64,000 nucleotides of DNA from an uncultured Planctomycetota bacterium (GTDB lineage: Bacteria; Planctomycetota; Planctomycetia; Isosphaerales; Isosphaeraceae), in the NCBI GenBank assembly GCA_963823665.1, contig CAWGMQ010000003.1, positions 704,001 through 768,000 on the forward strand, written 5' to 3'. Positions within the stretch are counted from its first letter, which is position 1; every line of letters begins with the position of its first letter. Both the position numbers and the translations under genes were made by a program. The notes beneath the pieces are model-generated. The model was not told the origin of the DNA. It worked only from the letters and a program-made list of their open reading frames with translations, and did no database searches. Positions 1-11,627 of the stretch are shown in pieces.

Positions 1-365
1 CTGCCCGCGCCCTCGGTCGTATAGGCCCCGCCGCAAGGGCTGCCGCACCCCATCTGGTCTCACTGTGTCGAGAAGATGCCGCAATTATCGAGGTTAATGG
101 CGCGAAATGGGCTCTCGAGCAAATCGCCATCGATCTGGATGCAGTTCCAGCGATAATCGAACTTTTGCGGCATGATGACTTTCAGGTTCGAGTGAAAGCC
201 GCAGAGGTCTTAGGGGAGGTCGGCCCCCCCGCGCAAGATGCAGTACCGGCGCTCAACGAACTGGCCAAAGGAGAGAATGAGACTTGCCGCAAAGCCGCCG
301 CCCGAGCCCTGGGAAAGATTGACCCCGATGCCGGGACTGCCGTGCCGTCGTCACGCAGGCTCTGA
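1..365 (+). CDS. HEAT/PBS-lyase repeat protein, C-terminal part (runs off the window)
   Basis: The frame is open from position 3: ARALGRIGPAARAAAPHL...VRVKAAEVLGEVGPPAQDAVPAL...RKAAARALGKI, which are typical HEAT repeats. Confidence 0.85.
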   Translation, partial: ARALGRIGPAARAAAPHLVSLCREDAAIIEVNGAKWALEQIAIDLDAVPAIIELLRHDDFQVRVKAAEVLGEVGPPAQDAVPALNELAKGENETCRKAAARALGKIDPDAGTAVPSSRRL

Positions 366-440
366 TTCTTACGGCGGCTTGCGGTGGAATGGTTCGTTTT
401 TTCGCTCAGTAAAGTGTGCGGGGTCTACAAGCCCCCATAA

Positions 441-1661
441 GGTCGACTGATCGACAGCCAGCTCCTGATCAACGAGCAGGCGACCAGGTCAGGGATTAAA
501 CTGGGGCTCGAGACTCTGCGTCAGAAGTCTGCACGGGGAGAGCTGGTCGTTGTCTATCTAAGCTGTCATGGTGCGTTAAGAGGCGGTCGATGGTGCGGCG
601 TACCGTACGACTTCGATCCCGCTTCGCCCGATTCCACACTCCTCGAGGACTCGGAAATCCTGGGTGAGCTTCGACCCATTGTCGCACGAGGCGTTCGGGT
701 TCTCCTGGTGGTCGACTCATGCCATTCGGGCAAGATTCAAGAGGCCGCGGAGGAACTGATGCAGATCCAGCACGCGGAGTTCATGCTCCTGGCCTCGTCG
801 ATTTCCAGCCAGTTGAGCAAAGCGAATCTTGATTGCCCCACATTCACGGAAGCAATGAGAGAAGGTTTGCTGGGGGAGGCCGATGACGACGAGGACGGTA
901 ACGTGACGATCAAGGAATTAAGGCGATTCATGACATGGCGACTCAAGGAATTGATGAACCGATTCGCCCGCATTCCCGGTTGCGCCAATCTGGAACAGGA
1001 TTTTGTGTTCGACACTTCTTCGTCCATGAGTGAGTCAATTCCACTGGCATCCGCTCTCATGGGGAAGAGAAGTCGTGCCATCTCGTTTGAACTCCCAGTC
1101 GCGACGAGACAAGCTGCGGCTGCTGGCTCCTCAGTCATGGGCAAGTGGAAATCCAAGCGGGGGATAATGATCACTGCGGCGCATACGGGCCAGCTCGAAC
1201 TCACGTTGACCCCGACAGGACTTTATCAGGTCACCTTCACGGACGCGAAAGGCCATGTCGAAAAGGGATCGGGAAGATTCAGATATGCGCGCGAAAGCTT
1301 TTTGGAACTCGATTATGGCAGTGGGAAGGATGTCCTGACAATCGAGGAACTGACTGGAGACGAGCTGCGCATCGGAATCAGGGAACGATGGCAAATCGAG
1401 CGAGGTTCCGAGAACGCAACTCCCAGTAAAATGGTCGAGCACAGGTCGATCACTCTCTACTCGGATCGCTCAACCGCGAACAGCGGGCAAAACTACACGC
1501 AAGAGTCTGCCTGGAGCGAGCATTCAATTGTTACGAAGCATATGCTTTGCCGACAGCTCAAAACGTTGCCGAGTGCGCATTCCAAATGGTGCTGGTCGCG
1601 GCCTGTCAATTCCGCGCAAATCGGGATCTTGGATCGTACGAGCAAATTGATCGCGCTATGA
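441..1661 (+). pseudogene. Caspase/metacaspase-like (peptidase C14) domain protein, 5'-truncated, followed by a beta-rich domain
   Basis: The frame of ORF 708-1661 is open back to 441 and reads ...ATRSGIKLGLETL...VVVYLSCHG...VLLVVDSCHSG (His and Cys dyad motifs). There is an in-frame TAA at 438-440 and no ATG before the domain. Confidence 0.7.
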
Positions 1662-2305
1662 GAACCCGCAGCCGCGCGGCCGCCGTACTCAACCGTCTTG
1701 AGCAAGCATGGTCTCGGCGCGACACCGAGCCCGGGGATATCGATCGGTTCCTTACCCGTGTTTCTAAAACGTATTTACATTTCGCATTCGCCCAGTTGTG
1801 TTTGCGGCTCGATGATCACGCGCACTTCAAGCTGTGGAGTAAACAAATGCGTGAATCGGCTTTTGCCGCGATCGAATCGGCCAAGACATGCCCGAAGCAT
1901 CTGGCTGAGCATCCACGCCTCCTGCTCTGGACAGGGATGGCGAAGTATCCAATCGGGACAGGATTGTTCTGGGAAGGAAAATACCATGAGGCTTGGAGTG
2001 CAATTCATCTTGCCAGAGTTGATTTGCAGCGAGTACCTGATGACACGGGTTACACCGAGGCGACGTTCTTGTTCGCGGACGTCGCAATCAGGTTCCTGAA
2101 CCCCTTGAGCACTCAATCTCCTGACACGTGGCCTGCCACACGTGAACGAGTATTGGAGATTGCCAGGCTTTCTTTAGAAGGGTGTGATTGGTTCCTGGCG
2201 ACGAAGTCCCGAGTGGCAGGCAAGGAGAGCGTCGAGCGAATGAATCAATTGAAGGGTCAACTGGAGGCGATTGAGAAAAGACTAGAACTAGCTACCAAGA
2301 GGTGA
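1430..2305 (+). CDS. Helical (TPR-like) hypothetical protein; 5' end uncertain or truncated
   Basis: The frame is open from 1430 (ORF track start 1547 TTG). It has Ala/Leu-rich helical character and overlaps the tail of the caspase ORF. Confidence 0.4.
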   Translation, partial: NGRAQVDHSLLGSLNREQRAKLHARVCLERAFNCYEAYALPTAQNVAECAFQMVLVAACQFRANRDLGSYEQIDRAMRTRSRAAAVLNRLEQAWSRRDTEPGDIDRFLTRVSKTYLHFAFAQLCLRLDDHAHFKLWSKQMRESAFAAIESAKTCPKHLAEHPRLLLWTGMAKYPIGTGLFWEGKYHEAWSAIHLARVDLQRVPDDTGYTEATFLFADVAIRFLNPLSTQSPDTWPATRERVLEIARLSLEGCDWFLATKSRVAGKESVERMNQLKGQLEAIEKRLELATKR

Positions 2306-2711
2306 GTTGCTCCGGACAACCCGAGCAGAACGCCAGGCCGATGGTTTCTGCTGCCGATCCGCCCGCGAAGGAATGGGTAAGAGGTTGTCGCCTCAAGGTC
2401 CGGACGGTATCGAGCAGATGACGTCTCAAGTGTTCTCCGACCAGCCCCAGTAATAGCGGTACAGTTGCCGGACGAACTTCGTCAAAAAAACGTTTGAGAA
2501 GCGGCAGTAAGGCGGCATTAAGCACATCTACCGTTTCCTGTCCATCATGACGGACGATCTCGAATCCCTTCAACCGCTTGCGCACGATCAAGAGCATTCG
2601 ATCGTAGGACTGATTGATCAATTCCTTCTTCGCGTCCACATTTCCCTTATTGGCCTCGATGAGAAGTAGTTGCAATTGCTCGGTCGCGGCTCGGAATTCG
2701 TTCCTTGGCAT
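2292..2711 (-). pseudogene. Planctomycete-type ECF sigma factor, region 2 only (region 4 missing)
   Basis: MPRNEF...LQLLLIEANKGNVDAKKELINQSYDRMLLIVRKRL...ETVDVLNAALL...LRRHLLDTVR, then an early stop head-to-head with the opposite gene. Confidence 0.65.
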
Positions 2712-2905
2712 CGCATTCTCCGATTCCGTGTCGATTGCCTCGATGTCATGATGGCTGTGACAATTCCATATGGTGTCCCCGGAATCACGCGCGATGCGGT
2801 ATCGTGACTGGCTGTTGATCAAATATCGCGTCGAGATCCTCTCCCGCTTCCCAAGAAGTTTACCGTCGCCGCTCACGACGAGCAAACTATGACGGTCCAC
2901 TTTCG

Positions 2906-3119
2906 TTACCGCTGGCTCGCGTTCTGAGCGGCCTGCTCCATGCAGCGCTCGTCTCGCGCCCGAAGCTCGGGCGTGAGGGCAGGCCCGAAGTCTTCCATCT
3001 CGACGAGCTGGCGGATCTCGAGCACGACTCCGTCTGGAAAGGGTGCGCGTTTCATCCAGGCGATCGCCTCTTCCGTCGATTCCAGCCGGATCAGCCAGAA
3101 GCCGGCGAGCAGCTCCTTC
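2906..3119 (-). pseudogene. YciI/DGPF-family protein, C-terminal fragment
   Basis: Manual translation (not in ORF track): KELLAGFWLIRLESTEEAIAWMKRAPFPDGVVLEIRQLVEMEDFGPALTPELR...*. Confidence 0.75.
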
Positions 3120-3318
3120 TACACGATCACTGCGATGGGAAGGATCGGCCCCGAGCTTCTCGGCGTCTAGAAGACGGAGTCAGCCGACACGATTGCTGCA
3201 AAAACATCCCCCGGCGATCACAACTGTGTTGAATGACTTGCTGCGCTCCAGTCTAATGCGGCACTGGCGTAACGTGATGATGGCGCCCAGGGCTTCTAAC
3301 GGATCTCATTTCGACATC

Positions 3319-3342
3319 GGACGGAAACAGGGACGCACCTAG
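3319..3342 (+). repeat. Left inverted repeat flanking the RAYT
   Basis: GGACGGAAACAGGGACGCACCTAG; 22/24 match to the reverse complement of 4134-4157. Confidence 0.85.
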
Positions 3343-3380
3343 TATTTGCGCCGCGCGCCGTGTCGAAATCTCTTCGTGTT

Positions 3381-4080
3381 ATGCCAAGAAGAGCGAGAGA
3401 AGCACCTGGTGGCTGTGTTTACCACGTCCTTAACCGATCGGTCGGGAGGATGCACATGTTGCGTAAGGAGGCCGAATTCGAGGCGTTCGAGCGCGTCATG
3501 GTTGAGGCGCACTTGCGGCAACCTCTGCGTATCCTTTCGTATTGAGTTTTTGTCCAACCACTGGCATTTCGTCGTCTCGCCGGAGGGGGACGGTCAACTG
3601 ACGGAATTCTTCCGGCGGCTCGCGCACACGCACGCGATGCGCTGGCGCGTTTCGCACCGGACAGTAGGGTACGGGCACCTCTATCAAGGGCGGTTCAAAA
3701 GCTTCCCGGTGCAGAGTGACGACCACTTGCTGTCGCTGTTGCGGTATGTCGAGCGGAATCCCTTGTCGGCAAGATTGGTCGAGAAAGCGCAGCTCTGGCG
3801 GTGGGGCAGCCTTTGGTCGAGGGTGCACGGGGACGAGGCTATCAAGAGTTTGCTGTCGCCCTGGCAGGTGGGCCGGCTTGCGAGCTGGACGGCTCGCGTC
3901 AATACTCCATTGACCGCGAAGGAATTAGATCGACTGCGGCTAAGCATCGAGCGCGGGCGGCCGTATGGCAGTGACGAGTGGGTGAGAAAAACCGTAGCGG
4001 ATCTCGGCCTGGAGCACACCGTTCGTTCAGAAGGTCGTCCACGCAGGGAAAGCCAAACCCCGAAGGGTCAGGCTTTCTAG
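3381..4080 (+). mobile_element. REP-associated tyrosine transposase (RAYT, Y1/IS200-like HUH) with one frameshift near 3545
   Basis: MPRRAREAPGGCVYHVLNR...ILSY / LSNHWHFVV (HUH)...GHLYQGRFKS...RYVERNP...WRWGS. Confidence 0.9.
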
Positions 4081-4133
4081 CAAGAGAACACGCAGAGCGA
4101 AAGGCGCCGCACAATTATTGGCAGGGGTAAAAA

Positions 4134-4157
4134 CTAGTTGCGTCCCGGTTTCCGTCC
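4134..4157 (-). repeat. Right inverted repeat flanking the RAYT
   Basis: CTAGTTGCGTCCCGGTTTCCGTCC. Confidence 0.85.
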
Positions 4158-4307
4158 CGTGGTGGTGTTCAGCGAGGAGTGTCGTTTTTCTATCGGGGCT
4201 TTCCGCCACTCGGACCGACACGCTAGAATGACTCGATCACGCGTCCACGGGGCGGTGGATCGACATCGCCGAATCGATGAGAGAGTCTCGAACATCGTGG
4301 TAGTTCT

Positions 4308-7300
4308 ATGAGTGAAGGCGCGAAACGCCGGCGTCGCTCCCCTCTCCGGCTGGAAGACCTGGAAAACCGCTACCTTTTGACGACGTTCACCGTCTCCACG
4401 ACGGCCGACGATCCCAGCGATCCGATTGCCGGCTCGTTGCGTGCGGCGATCATCCAGGTCAATGACGATCAGGACCCCCAGGGAACAGACCAGATCGTTT
4501 TTTCGATTCCGGGGGACGGCGTTCAAACCATCGAGCCGACGGCTCCGCTGCCAACGATCGACGCCCCGGTCATTGTGGACGGGACGACGCAGCCTGGTTA
4601 TAACGCCAAGCCGCTCATTGAAATCAGTGGCGCGCTCGTTCCGAACGATTTTTCTGCCGGCCTGGGCATTGAGTCGAATAGCCTCGTACGCGGGCTCGTC
4701 ATCGATCGGTTCCCGGGTGATGGGCTGGACGTGTGGGGATCGGACGACGTGATCGAATCCAACTACATTGGCACTGATCCGACCGGCAGCGTCGCCGAGG
4801 GTAATGCCGGCGACGGCATCGAGCTGGACGGCAAGAACTCAACCATCTCGGGGAACGTGGTCTCGAGCAACGGAATTCTCGCTGGGGCGTTCCATGCGGA
4901 GATCGGCGTCCAGTCCAGCGGCGCAGGGCGCTCATTGTCGGCAACCTCATCGGCACCGATTCGACCGGTGCGGATATCCTGGCATCGTCGTCGCACTACG
5001 CGCCGGGTGAATCCCTCACCACGGGGATCTTCGTGGATGATGCCGCCGCCACGATTGGCGGCACAACGGCCGCGAGCCGCAACGTCATCGCGGGTGAGAA
5101 CGTCGGGATCGTCCTTGCCGATTTGGGGTTGCCCGGCACAACCGTGGGCGTTCTGGTCGAGGGAAACGACATCGGCACGGACGCCACGGGAATGAATGCG
5201 CCGGGAACAGACCCTAGCTCCAAGGACGGCCCCTACCGTCAGTCGATCGGGATCTCTGTCGGCGATGTCAACGGATTCACGATCGGCGGCACGGCGGCTG
5301 GGGCGCGCAATCTCATCTCAGGAAACACGTACGAAGGAGTCCAGATCGGTCAGGACGATGGGTCGACCAGCACGGGCCTGGTGATCGGCAACTGGATTGG
5401 AACGGACGCCACCGGAGAGGCCGCGCTGAGCAATGGGATAGGGATCAGCATCGATCAAGATGGCACGACGATCGGCGGGTCGGATCCGGGTGAGCCAAAT
5501 CGCATCGCGTTCAACTCCACCGCCGTGGAAATTCACGGCAGTGACGACAATCTTCGGAATAATTCCATCTACGCGAATACGTCGAGCGCGATCGCTCTCG
5601 ATAGCACCACACACGCCAACGACGGCTCCATGCCCCCCGTCCTGGACTCGGTCGAACTGGTCGACGGTTCGACGGTGGTCGAGGGAACGATCGACTCGAA
5701 GCCGAACACCGAGTACTCCATCGATCTCTTCGACAACCCCACGTTGCCGGCGACGACCGAGCCCCAGGCCGAGAAACTGCTGGGCACCGTCACTGTGCTC
5801 ACCGATACCAGCGGCCATGGCGAGTTCTCGGCCACGCTGCCCGCGGTCGACGACGTCGGGCGGGTTGCGGCCTTCGCCACTGACCCGAGCGGAAACACCT
5901 CGGCGATCGGCTACAAGCTCAATGCTTCGCCCACAGTTTTCCAGAGCTATACATCAATCAGTATAAGCAATATTGTTGCGACGTTCACCGATAACTACCT
6001 TGGCCTCATTTCCAGTCAGTTCAGCGCGATCATCGACTGGGGAGACGGCGCGATCTCGACGGGCACCGTTGAGAGCGTGCGCCAGGGGGTCTTCCAGGTC
6101 AGCGGATCTCATTTGTATAAGTTCCCGTCGGCGACGAGCGACGGGACTCCGGTGAGCGTTTCCATCGCGACGATCGATGGGACCGCAACGGCGGAAGTGA
6201 CGTCGACGGCGCACGTTTCACCCCTGGGCCCGATCACTTTCTCGTTCGTGTTCAACGATCCGCAAGGACTCTTCGCGCCTTTCCCCTATCTGCTGACCGA
6301 CCTCGAAGCCGCCGGCGACGCACTCTCGCGGTTGCTTTTGGGAGCGCCTACCAAGATCGTTGTATCGGCAAGAACCGATATCGATAGGGCACAAGGCGGG
6401 CCCGGAGTCATCTGGCTCAACCCTCAATACCTCTCGACGTTTTGGTTCGATCCTCTGCGAGACCGCCTCGACGCGATCCCGCCGAATGTCATTGATGCCG
6501 TATCAGTATTCACCCACGAAATGGTTCACGGACTGGGTTTTTACAGCACCCGGGTGCTTTCTGGGCCGAATTACGGCCAGTTGAGTCCGGTTCCCAGCGT
6601 GTTCGATGGATTCACCGCCTTCGGTACTGGCGGCGTTCCCTCGATCCTCTACTTTAGCGGCCCGAACGCCGTCAAACTGTATGGCGGCCCGGTTCCACTC
6701 ACCAGCCTGGGCGCCAACAATGGGTCACCCGACAACGAAAACTTCAGCCATGTGGGCAATCCGCCAGGAAATCCCGGTTCGAACTTGCTGGGCGACCTGA
6801 TGAATGGCGTTGCATTTCCCTTCGGCCGGGTCTGGCCGAGCGCGCTCGACCTGGCGATTCTCGAGGATATCGGCTGGTTGACGACGGGCGAGTCGGCCGG
6901 CCCCCCGCCTGGTTTCCAGACGACTAGCTCAAGCTCGCCTCCGCAAGTCGCGAGCGATACCGCCCAGTTCACGGTCAGCCATCGGCGTGTTCTTTTCGTG
7001 GCCGTTGTTCTTGTGTTCGACGTATCCCTTGATCCCACGACCGCCGGAAACATGGCGAGTTATTCGGTTTCGCTGCCTGGCGCCAGTCGTCGCAGCCGAC
7101 GCAAGGCTGTCCGGCTGGCGAGTGCCGTCTATGACCCGGAAAACTCGACCGTCACCCTGCGATTTGCGAAGCCGCAGTCGCTGATCAAGTCGCTCACGGT
7201 CACGCTTACGGGCATCGAGAGCTCGGAGTCGCAACCGCTTGCGGGCAAGACGTCGTTTGTCATCAACCCGAAAGAATCGCCCAAACCAAAGGTCAAGCCG

Positions 7301-7483
7301 CCGCGGCGCGAGTTCTACAGCGGAACGAATTTCTCACCCCGATTTCCATGCTTCGTTCCGGGGACACCATACCGAATCGCACGCCAGTCTAACGGGACGG
7401 CACTACCGGCAAAGGCCAGATTGGCCGACTTGTACAGGGCTGAGCTTCGCGCATGTTCGGAACGGCCGACGACCTTGTGCTAA
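4308..7483 (+). CDS. Large secreted protein: planctomycete export motif, parallel beta-helix repeats, Ig/PKD-like domain and HExxH zinc metalloprotease-like domain; frameshift near 4925
   Basis: RRRRSPLRLEDLENRYLL; GSLRAAI; repeated GNxIGTDxTG / RNxISGN; IDWGDG; THEMVHGLGF...SHVGN...DLMN...LDLAILEDIGW. ORFs 4308-5195 and 5033-7483 join. Confidence 0.8.
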
Positions 7484-8038
7484 GCTTGCTTCACGGGTTG
7501 CAGATCACACCGCATGCGCCGCACCTGGCTTGCAATCCAAGCGCGGATTGCCCTAACCGGACGATGCAGGAGTCGTCAATACTTGAACTCTGCGACAGGA
7601 ACCCGGCTTCTGGTGGGCTTGACCTGATGCCAGACAATCCGATTCTTCCAGGCGTTCGATGTTTGCTTTCTTCGCACGCGGAAAGTCTTCGAGATCATGC
7701 AACCGGGCGCTGTGAGCCCTCCGTGAACATAAACGGCCGATTGCGGCCGCCTTCATTTTCTCAGAATCACGGATGCCTTTGGCGACCGCGAGGGCCTCGC
7801 GGCAAGTCTTCAGCGGCTTGGGACAAGCGAGCTGGTTCGTTCACGCCAACCGTGCCGCCGGTGGAAGCACCACTCGGCGGCCTTGCGGTCAACGAGGTGG
7901 AATCCCAGGAGTCGCAGAAGACGACGACCGTTTGGGTGGCGCCTCGGGATTCGATGAGGCGAGCCTTGATCTGGCGAATGATCTTGGTAAAGGAGCGAGG
8001 CGAGTTCCCGGTCCAGCCTTTTGTCGCCGCGAGCAGGA

Positions 8039-8059
8039 TTGCGTCCCGGTTTCCGTCCC
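8039..8059 (-). repeat. Solo copy of the RAYT-flanking motif
   Basis: TTGCGTCCCGGTTTCCGTCCC. Confidence 0.8.
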
Positions 8060-8352
8060 ACTCGCCCATCGTCGTGCCGGCCTGGACCGGTGCGTAAATC
8101 GGCGACGAGCCGATCGAGGTCGCCAACTGGATAACCACTGCTCTAAATCGCGAACCGATGCTAAGATTTACGCTGTGGAGATGGGGCCCTGATCGCGGCG
8201 ACCCGCTCACAGTGCCGCTGTTCTTAATCGGCTTGCCCGGCGCCGTGTTCACCCCTTTCGGGGACGTCGCGTTGGCTCCTTCTGGCCAGGATGCAATGCG
8301 TGTGACGACAGACCGAGCGGGACAGTACGATGCCAGTGAACGAGTGGGCTCA

Positions 8353-8940
8353 ATGGGCAGGTACGCGCTGGTAGGACTGGCAGCAGGATCGCTTCCGCTG
8401 CTCTTGTGTGGGTCGATACTCGTGCTACCTGGGGCGAGCTCTCGCTCTCTTCCTTTGGCTACTTGCGTGATCATCAACCCGTTGATCGGCGCCGGCCTTG
8501 GATGTTTGTACCACCGATATCCCACCCCGAGAAGATCGCTCGCGTCGTCGTTTTTCGCGGACGCGCCGCTCACTGTACAAGAGAATTCGAAGGGAGGCCG
8601 GCGGATCGGCACGCTCGCGTTGACCGGGTTCGGCGTGGGGATCGCGACCGCGCTTCTGGCGACGACCCTGGAGGTCGCCTGGCGCGGCTGGTCGTTCCTC
8701 GATGTAACGCTGATCCCTGCGATGCTCATTTATCCGTGGTTTTGCACTGCGGAAGGACGCCACCTGGGCCTACGGCTGGGGCATCCGAGACCGTCGATCC
8801 GTGCTTCCGCGTTAGTCTGAGGACATTGATGGTCCTGCTGGCATACGTCGGGCTCATGTTTGGTTCTCGGTATGGAGGCGGTGCGCCTCAGTCGCAATGC
8901 GAGGCATTTTCATGAGATGTCGCTTAGCGAGCAATCGATC
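8353..8940 (+). CDS. Membrane protein, frameshifted or truncated at the 3' end
   Basis: Several hydrophobic segments in ORF 8158-8820. It continues in another frame as FRVSLRTLMVLLAYVGLMFG, a common planctomycete membrane motif. Confidence 0.45.
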
Positions 8941-8999
8941 GGTGTCCTCCCGCATGGCGGACCAATTCGCGACGTTCTCCATGATCGATCCGCGCTCGC

Positions 9000-9458
9000 T
9001 CAACTCTGGGGCCTAAGTGGCAGAAAGGCGGACGGACGCACAAGAAAACGCTTCGAGAGTGCGAGAACTTGGTTCCTTGTGAGTGACCGGGTTCCGTTCA
9101 GGACAGCAGAGATTGTGGACTGCGCAATCCCGACTCTCTCCTCGAGCGCCCTTTGGGTGAGTCCATTCGCTCTCATCAGCTCGCGTAGCACGTCGGCCTC
9201 AGAAACGTCCAGCGCCGGCTCGTGTTCCTCCTCATAAGCCTCGACAAGGCAAGTCAGGGCACCCAGATACATCTCGCCTTCCGCGTCCAGGTCTTCTTGC
9301 AACAGCTTGTCAAGCACGGCCTGTGCCTCGACCAAGTGCGCCTCATTGCGAATGGGCTCAAGCGGGAAATTTCTCACTCGTGCGATGTACTTGGAGAGCC
9401 CCGTTGGTCGTAGTTTCTTGTGGGTGAGTCGCGCTCGTTTGTCAGTCTGCACAGCCAT
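9000..9458 (-). CDS. higA: HigA-like antitoxin / XRE HTH regulator
   Basis: PIRNEAHLVEA...YLGALTCLVEAYEEEH...LRELMRANGLTQRAL...GIAQSTISAVLNGTRSLT. Confidence 0.85.
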   Translation of the reverse strand: MAVQTDKRARLTHKKLRPTGLSKYIARVRNFPLEPIRNEAHLVEAQAVLDKLLQEDLDAEGEMYLGALTCLVEAYEEEHEPALDVSEADVLRELMRANGLTQRALEERVGIAQSTISAVLNGTRSLTRNQVLALSKRFLVRPSAFLPLRPQS

Positions 9459-9461
9459 CGT

Positions 9462-9615
9462 TCATTTCCCCTTTCTCTGCCCATGCGGCGCCGGCTTTCC
9501 CTTCGGTGGCACTGTCGTTGCGATGGCAGGTTTCTTCGGTGGCGGCTTGTGACACCCGCAGTCATTAACCCAGTTCCCCTTGTCGTATTCTTGGTGATCC
9601 ATCACCCGTAAGAAT
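9462..9615 (-). pseudogene. higB: HigB-like toxin, C-terminal remnant
   Basis: FLRVMDHQEYDKGNW resembles the HigB C-terminal motif and lies directly upstream of higA. The N-terminal part is not recognisable. Confidence 0.6.
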
Positions 9616-9907
9616 TCGTCGAGCAATTCGCGGCTTTCCCGCCCGAGTTGAATCAGCAGGACACCATCGAGCGGTACGAATACACGGACGTAATGTGCGA
9701 GGTCTGCAGGCTGCATTTCATGCGTGTACTTTCGGAAGAATGCAGCTCTTGGTCCGCGAGTCGCAGTGGCTCGGTGCGGGCCCACTGACGAATCCGATCT
9801 TGCGAAGTTTATCGCATTCTTCAAAAAAACTTGGGACCGCGAAGTCCACTCGCTGCATAGTAATGCCGGGTGCAGGTGCATTCTAGACCACGACGAGACG
9901 GACAATC

Positions 9908-11578
9908 ATGGGAATCGGGCAAGTCGGCGGCGCATGGCGGCCATTGCGAGCCCTGTTCGAGGCTGGGACGACGACGGGGCTGACCGACACTGAGCTCCTC
10001 GAGCGGTACACGGTGAAGCGGGCGAAATCGGCCGAAGCCGCGGCAGCGGCCGAGTCGGCTTTCGCGACCTTGGTGGATCGCCATGGCGCAATGGTCTGGG
10101 GGGTGTGCCACCGCGTGCTCGGCGATACCCACGAGGCAGAGGACGCTTTCCAGGCGACCTTCCTCGTTCTCGTGCGAAAAGCCGGATCCGTGCGGGTGAA
10201 CGGGTCCCTCGGCCGCTGGCTCTATGGAGTCGCCCACCGCGTCTCGCTGCGATCGAGGTCTCAGGCTGCACACCGGCGGACTGCGATCGAGGGAATTCCT
10301 TCTCCGTCGGCGGATGATCGAGCGGGCGACGTCGAGCTCAGCGAACTCCGCGCCGTCGTCGGTGAGGAAGTGGACGCGCTGCCGGCGAAGTATAGATGCC
10401 CGGTCGAGCTGTGTCACCTGCAGGGCATGACGTACGATCAAGCGGCACGGCAGCTCAACTGGCCAGTCGCGACCGTCAAAAACCGACTCAGGAAGGGTCG
10501 ACTCAGGTTGCGGGCGAAGCTGGCGCGGCGAGGCCTCGCGCCGGGCGTAGTTGCCGCCGGCTTGACGACGTTGCTCACGAATGAATCCCGAGCGGCCATT
10601 CCAGCGAAACTCATTCACTCGACGGCCCGCGCGGCAACTGCGTCGTCCGCCTGCGCATTTTCGTGTGCGGTCACCGATCTTACCCAAAGAACCATCAAGG
10701 TGATGAGGTGGGAGAAGCTGAAACTGGTCGCGGCCGGCGCTGTTGCCGCTTTTGGACTAGGTCTGACAACTCATGCCGTATCGCAGCGCGCTCCTAGCGG
10801 AGGGCTTCTCGCGCCGCCGTCGCTGCAATCCGGGTCGCGGCCACGCCAGAAAACGAACGAAAGCAACATGCGCGATCAGCGCTTTACAAGAAGCCTGCCC
10901 AGCGGAGCAACCATCGAGATCATCGGTGTTTCTTCTGTACCGTCTGGGCCCGATACCTGGCACCGGCCCGATGGAACGCCATTACATCCCGCCCCCTGTG
11001 ACCGAATCGACGACGGCATCACGAGCGACAACTGCATCAAGAGGCTGGTCGTGGCTCGCCTGAGCCGCATTCCTCCGGGAGCTGACGAGCAATGGTCGAT
11101 CATCGAGTCGCGCGGAGGAAAGCTGGTGCCGGCCAAGCGAGAGGGCGAAACCGTAGCCGGCCTCTTTTGCGCGACCGCCGCGATCCCCGCCGATGCGGGC
11201 ATTTGCACGGCCCGTTTCAAGGTGGCGTTCGGTCCGTGGAACATCAATCAGACCAAGTGGCACTATGCCGGCAGTGGCGGCACCGAGGACGGAGCAAACT
11301 ACATCTTGGGTGACGCAGTCGCGACCGCGAAAGGCACGTCATTATTATTCATTTACAATATCGAGAACTGGCCGGTTCGGCTCGTCGCGATCGACTTAGC
11401 CGGCGTGGAGTGCCCGGGGGTGATCAGTTCGGCCCTCGATGGGGGATTCTGGCGCCAAATCAATTTTGAGTTCGACACGCCTCCGGATCAAATCAAGGAT
11501 TACCGGCTCGAGGCCCGGCCCTACTACGAACAAGTTGAGATAACGGGTGTCGCTTTGGAACGAGTCAAGCCTGATTGA
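9908..11578 (+). CDS. ECF sigma-70 factor with long C-terminal extension
   Basis: FATLVDRHGAMVWGVCHRVL...AEDAFQATFLVL...LPAKYRCPVELCHLQG...TVKNRL, then a transmembrane segment and a soluble domain. Confidence 0.9.
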   Translation: MGIGQVGGAWRPLRALFEAGTTTGLTDTELLERYTVKRAKSAEAAAAAESAFATLVDRHGAMVWGVCHRVLGDTHEAEDAFQATFLVLVRKAGSVRVNGSLGRWLYGVAHRVSLRSRSQAAHRRTAIEGIPSPSADDRAGDVELSELRAVVGEEVDALPAKYRCPVELCHLQGMTYDQAARQLNWPVATVKNRLRKGRLRLRAKLARRGLAPGVVAAGLTTLLTNESRAAIPAKLIHSTARAATASSACAFSCAVTDLTQRTIKVMRWEKLKLVAAGAVAAFGLGLTTHAVSQRAPSGGLLAPPSLQSGSRPRQKTNESNMRDQRFTRSLPSGATIEIIGVSSVPSGPDTWHRPDGTPLHPAPCDRIDDGITSDNCIKRLVVARLSRIPPGADEQWSIIESRGGKLVPAKREGETVAGLFCATAAIPADAGICTARFKVAFGPWNINQTKWHYAGSGGTEDGANYILGDAVATAKGTSLLFIYNIENWPVRLVAIDLAGVECPGVISSALDGGFWRQINFEFDTPPDQIKDYRLEARPYYEQVEITGVALERVKPD

Positions 11579-11627
11579 GCCGTCGTCACGACCCATGCCC
11601 CCATCACGAACACCAGAAGGAGCAATC

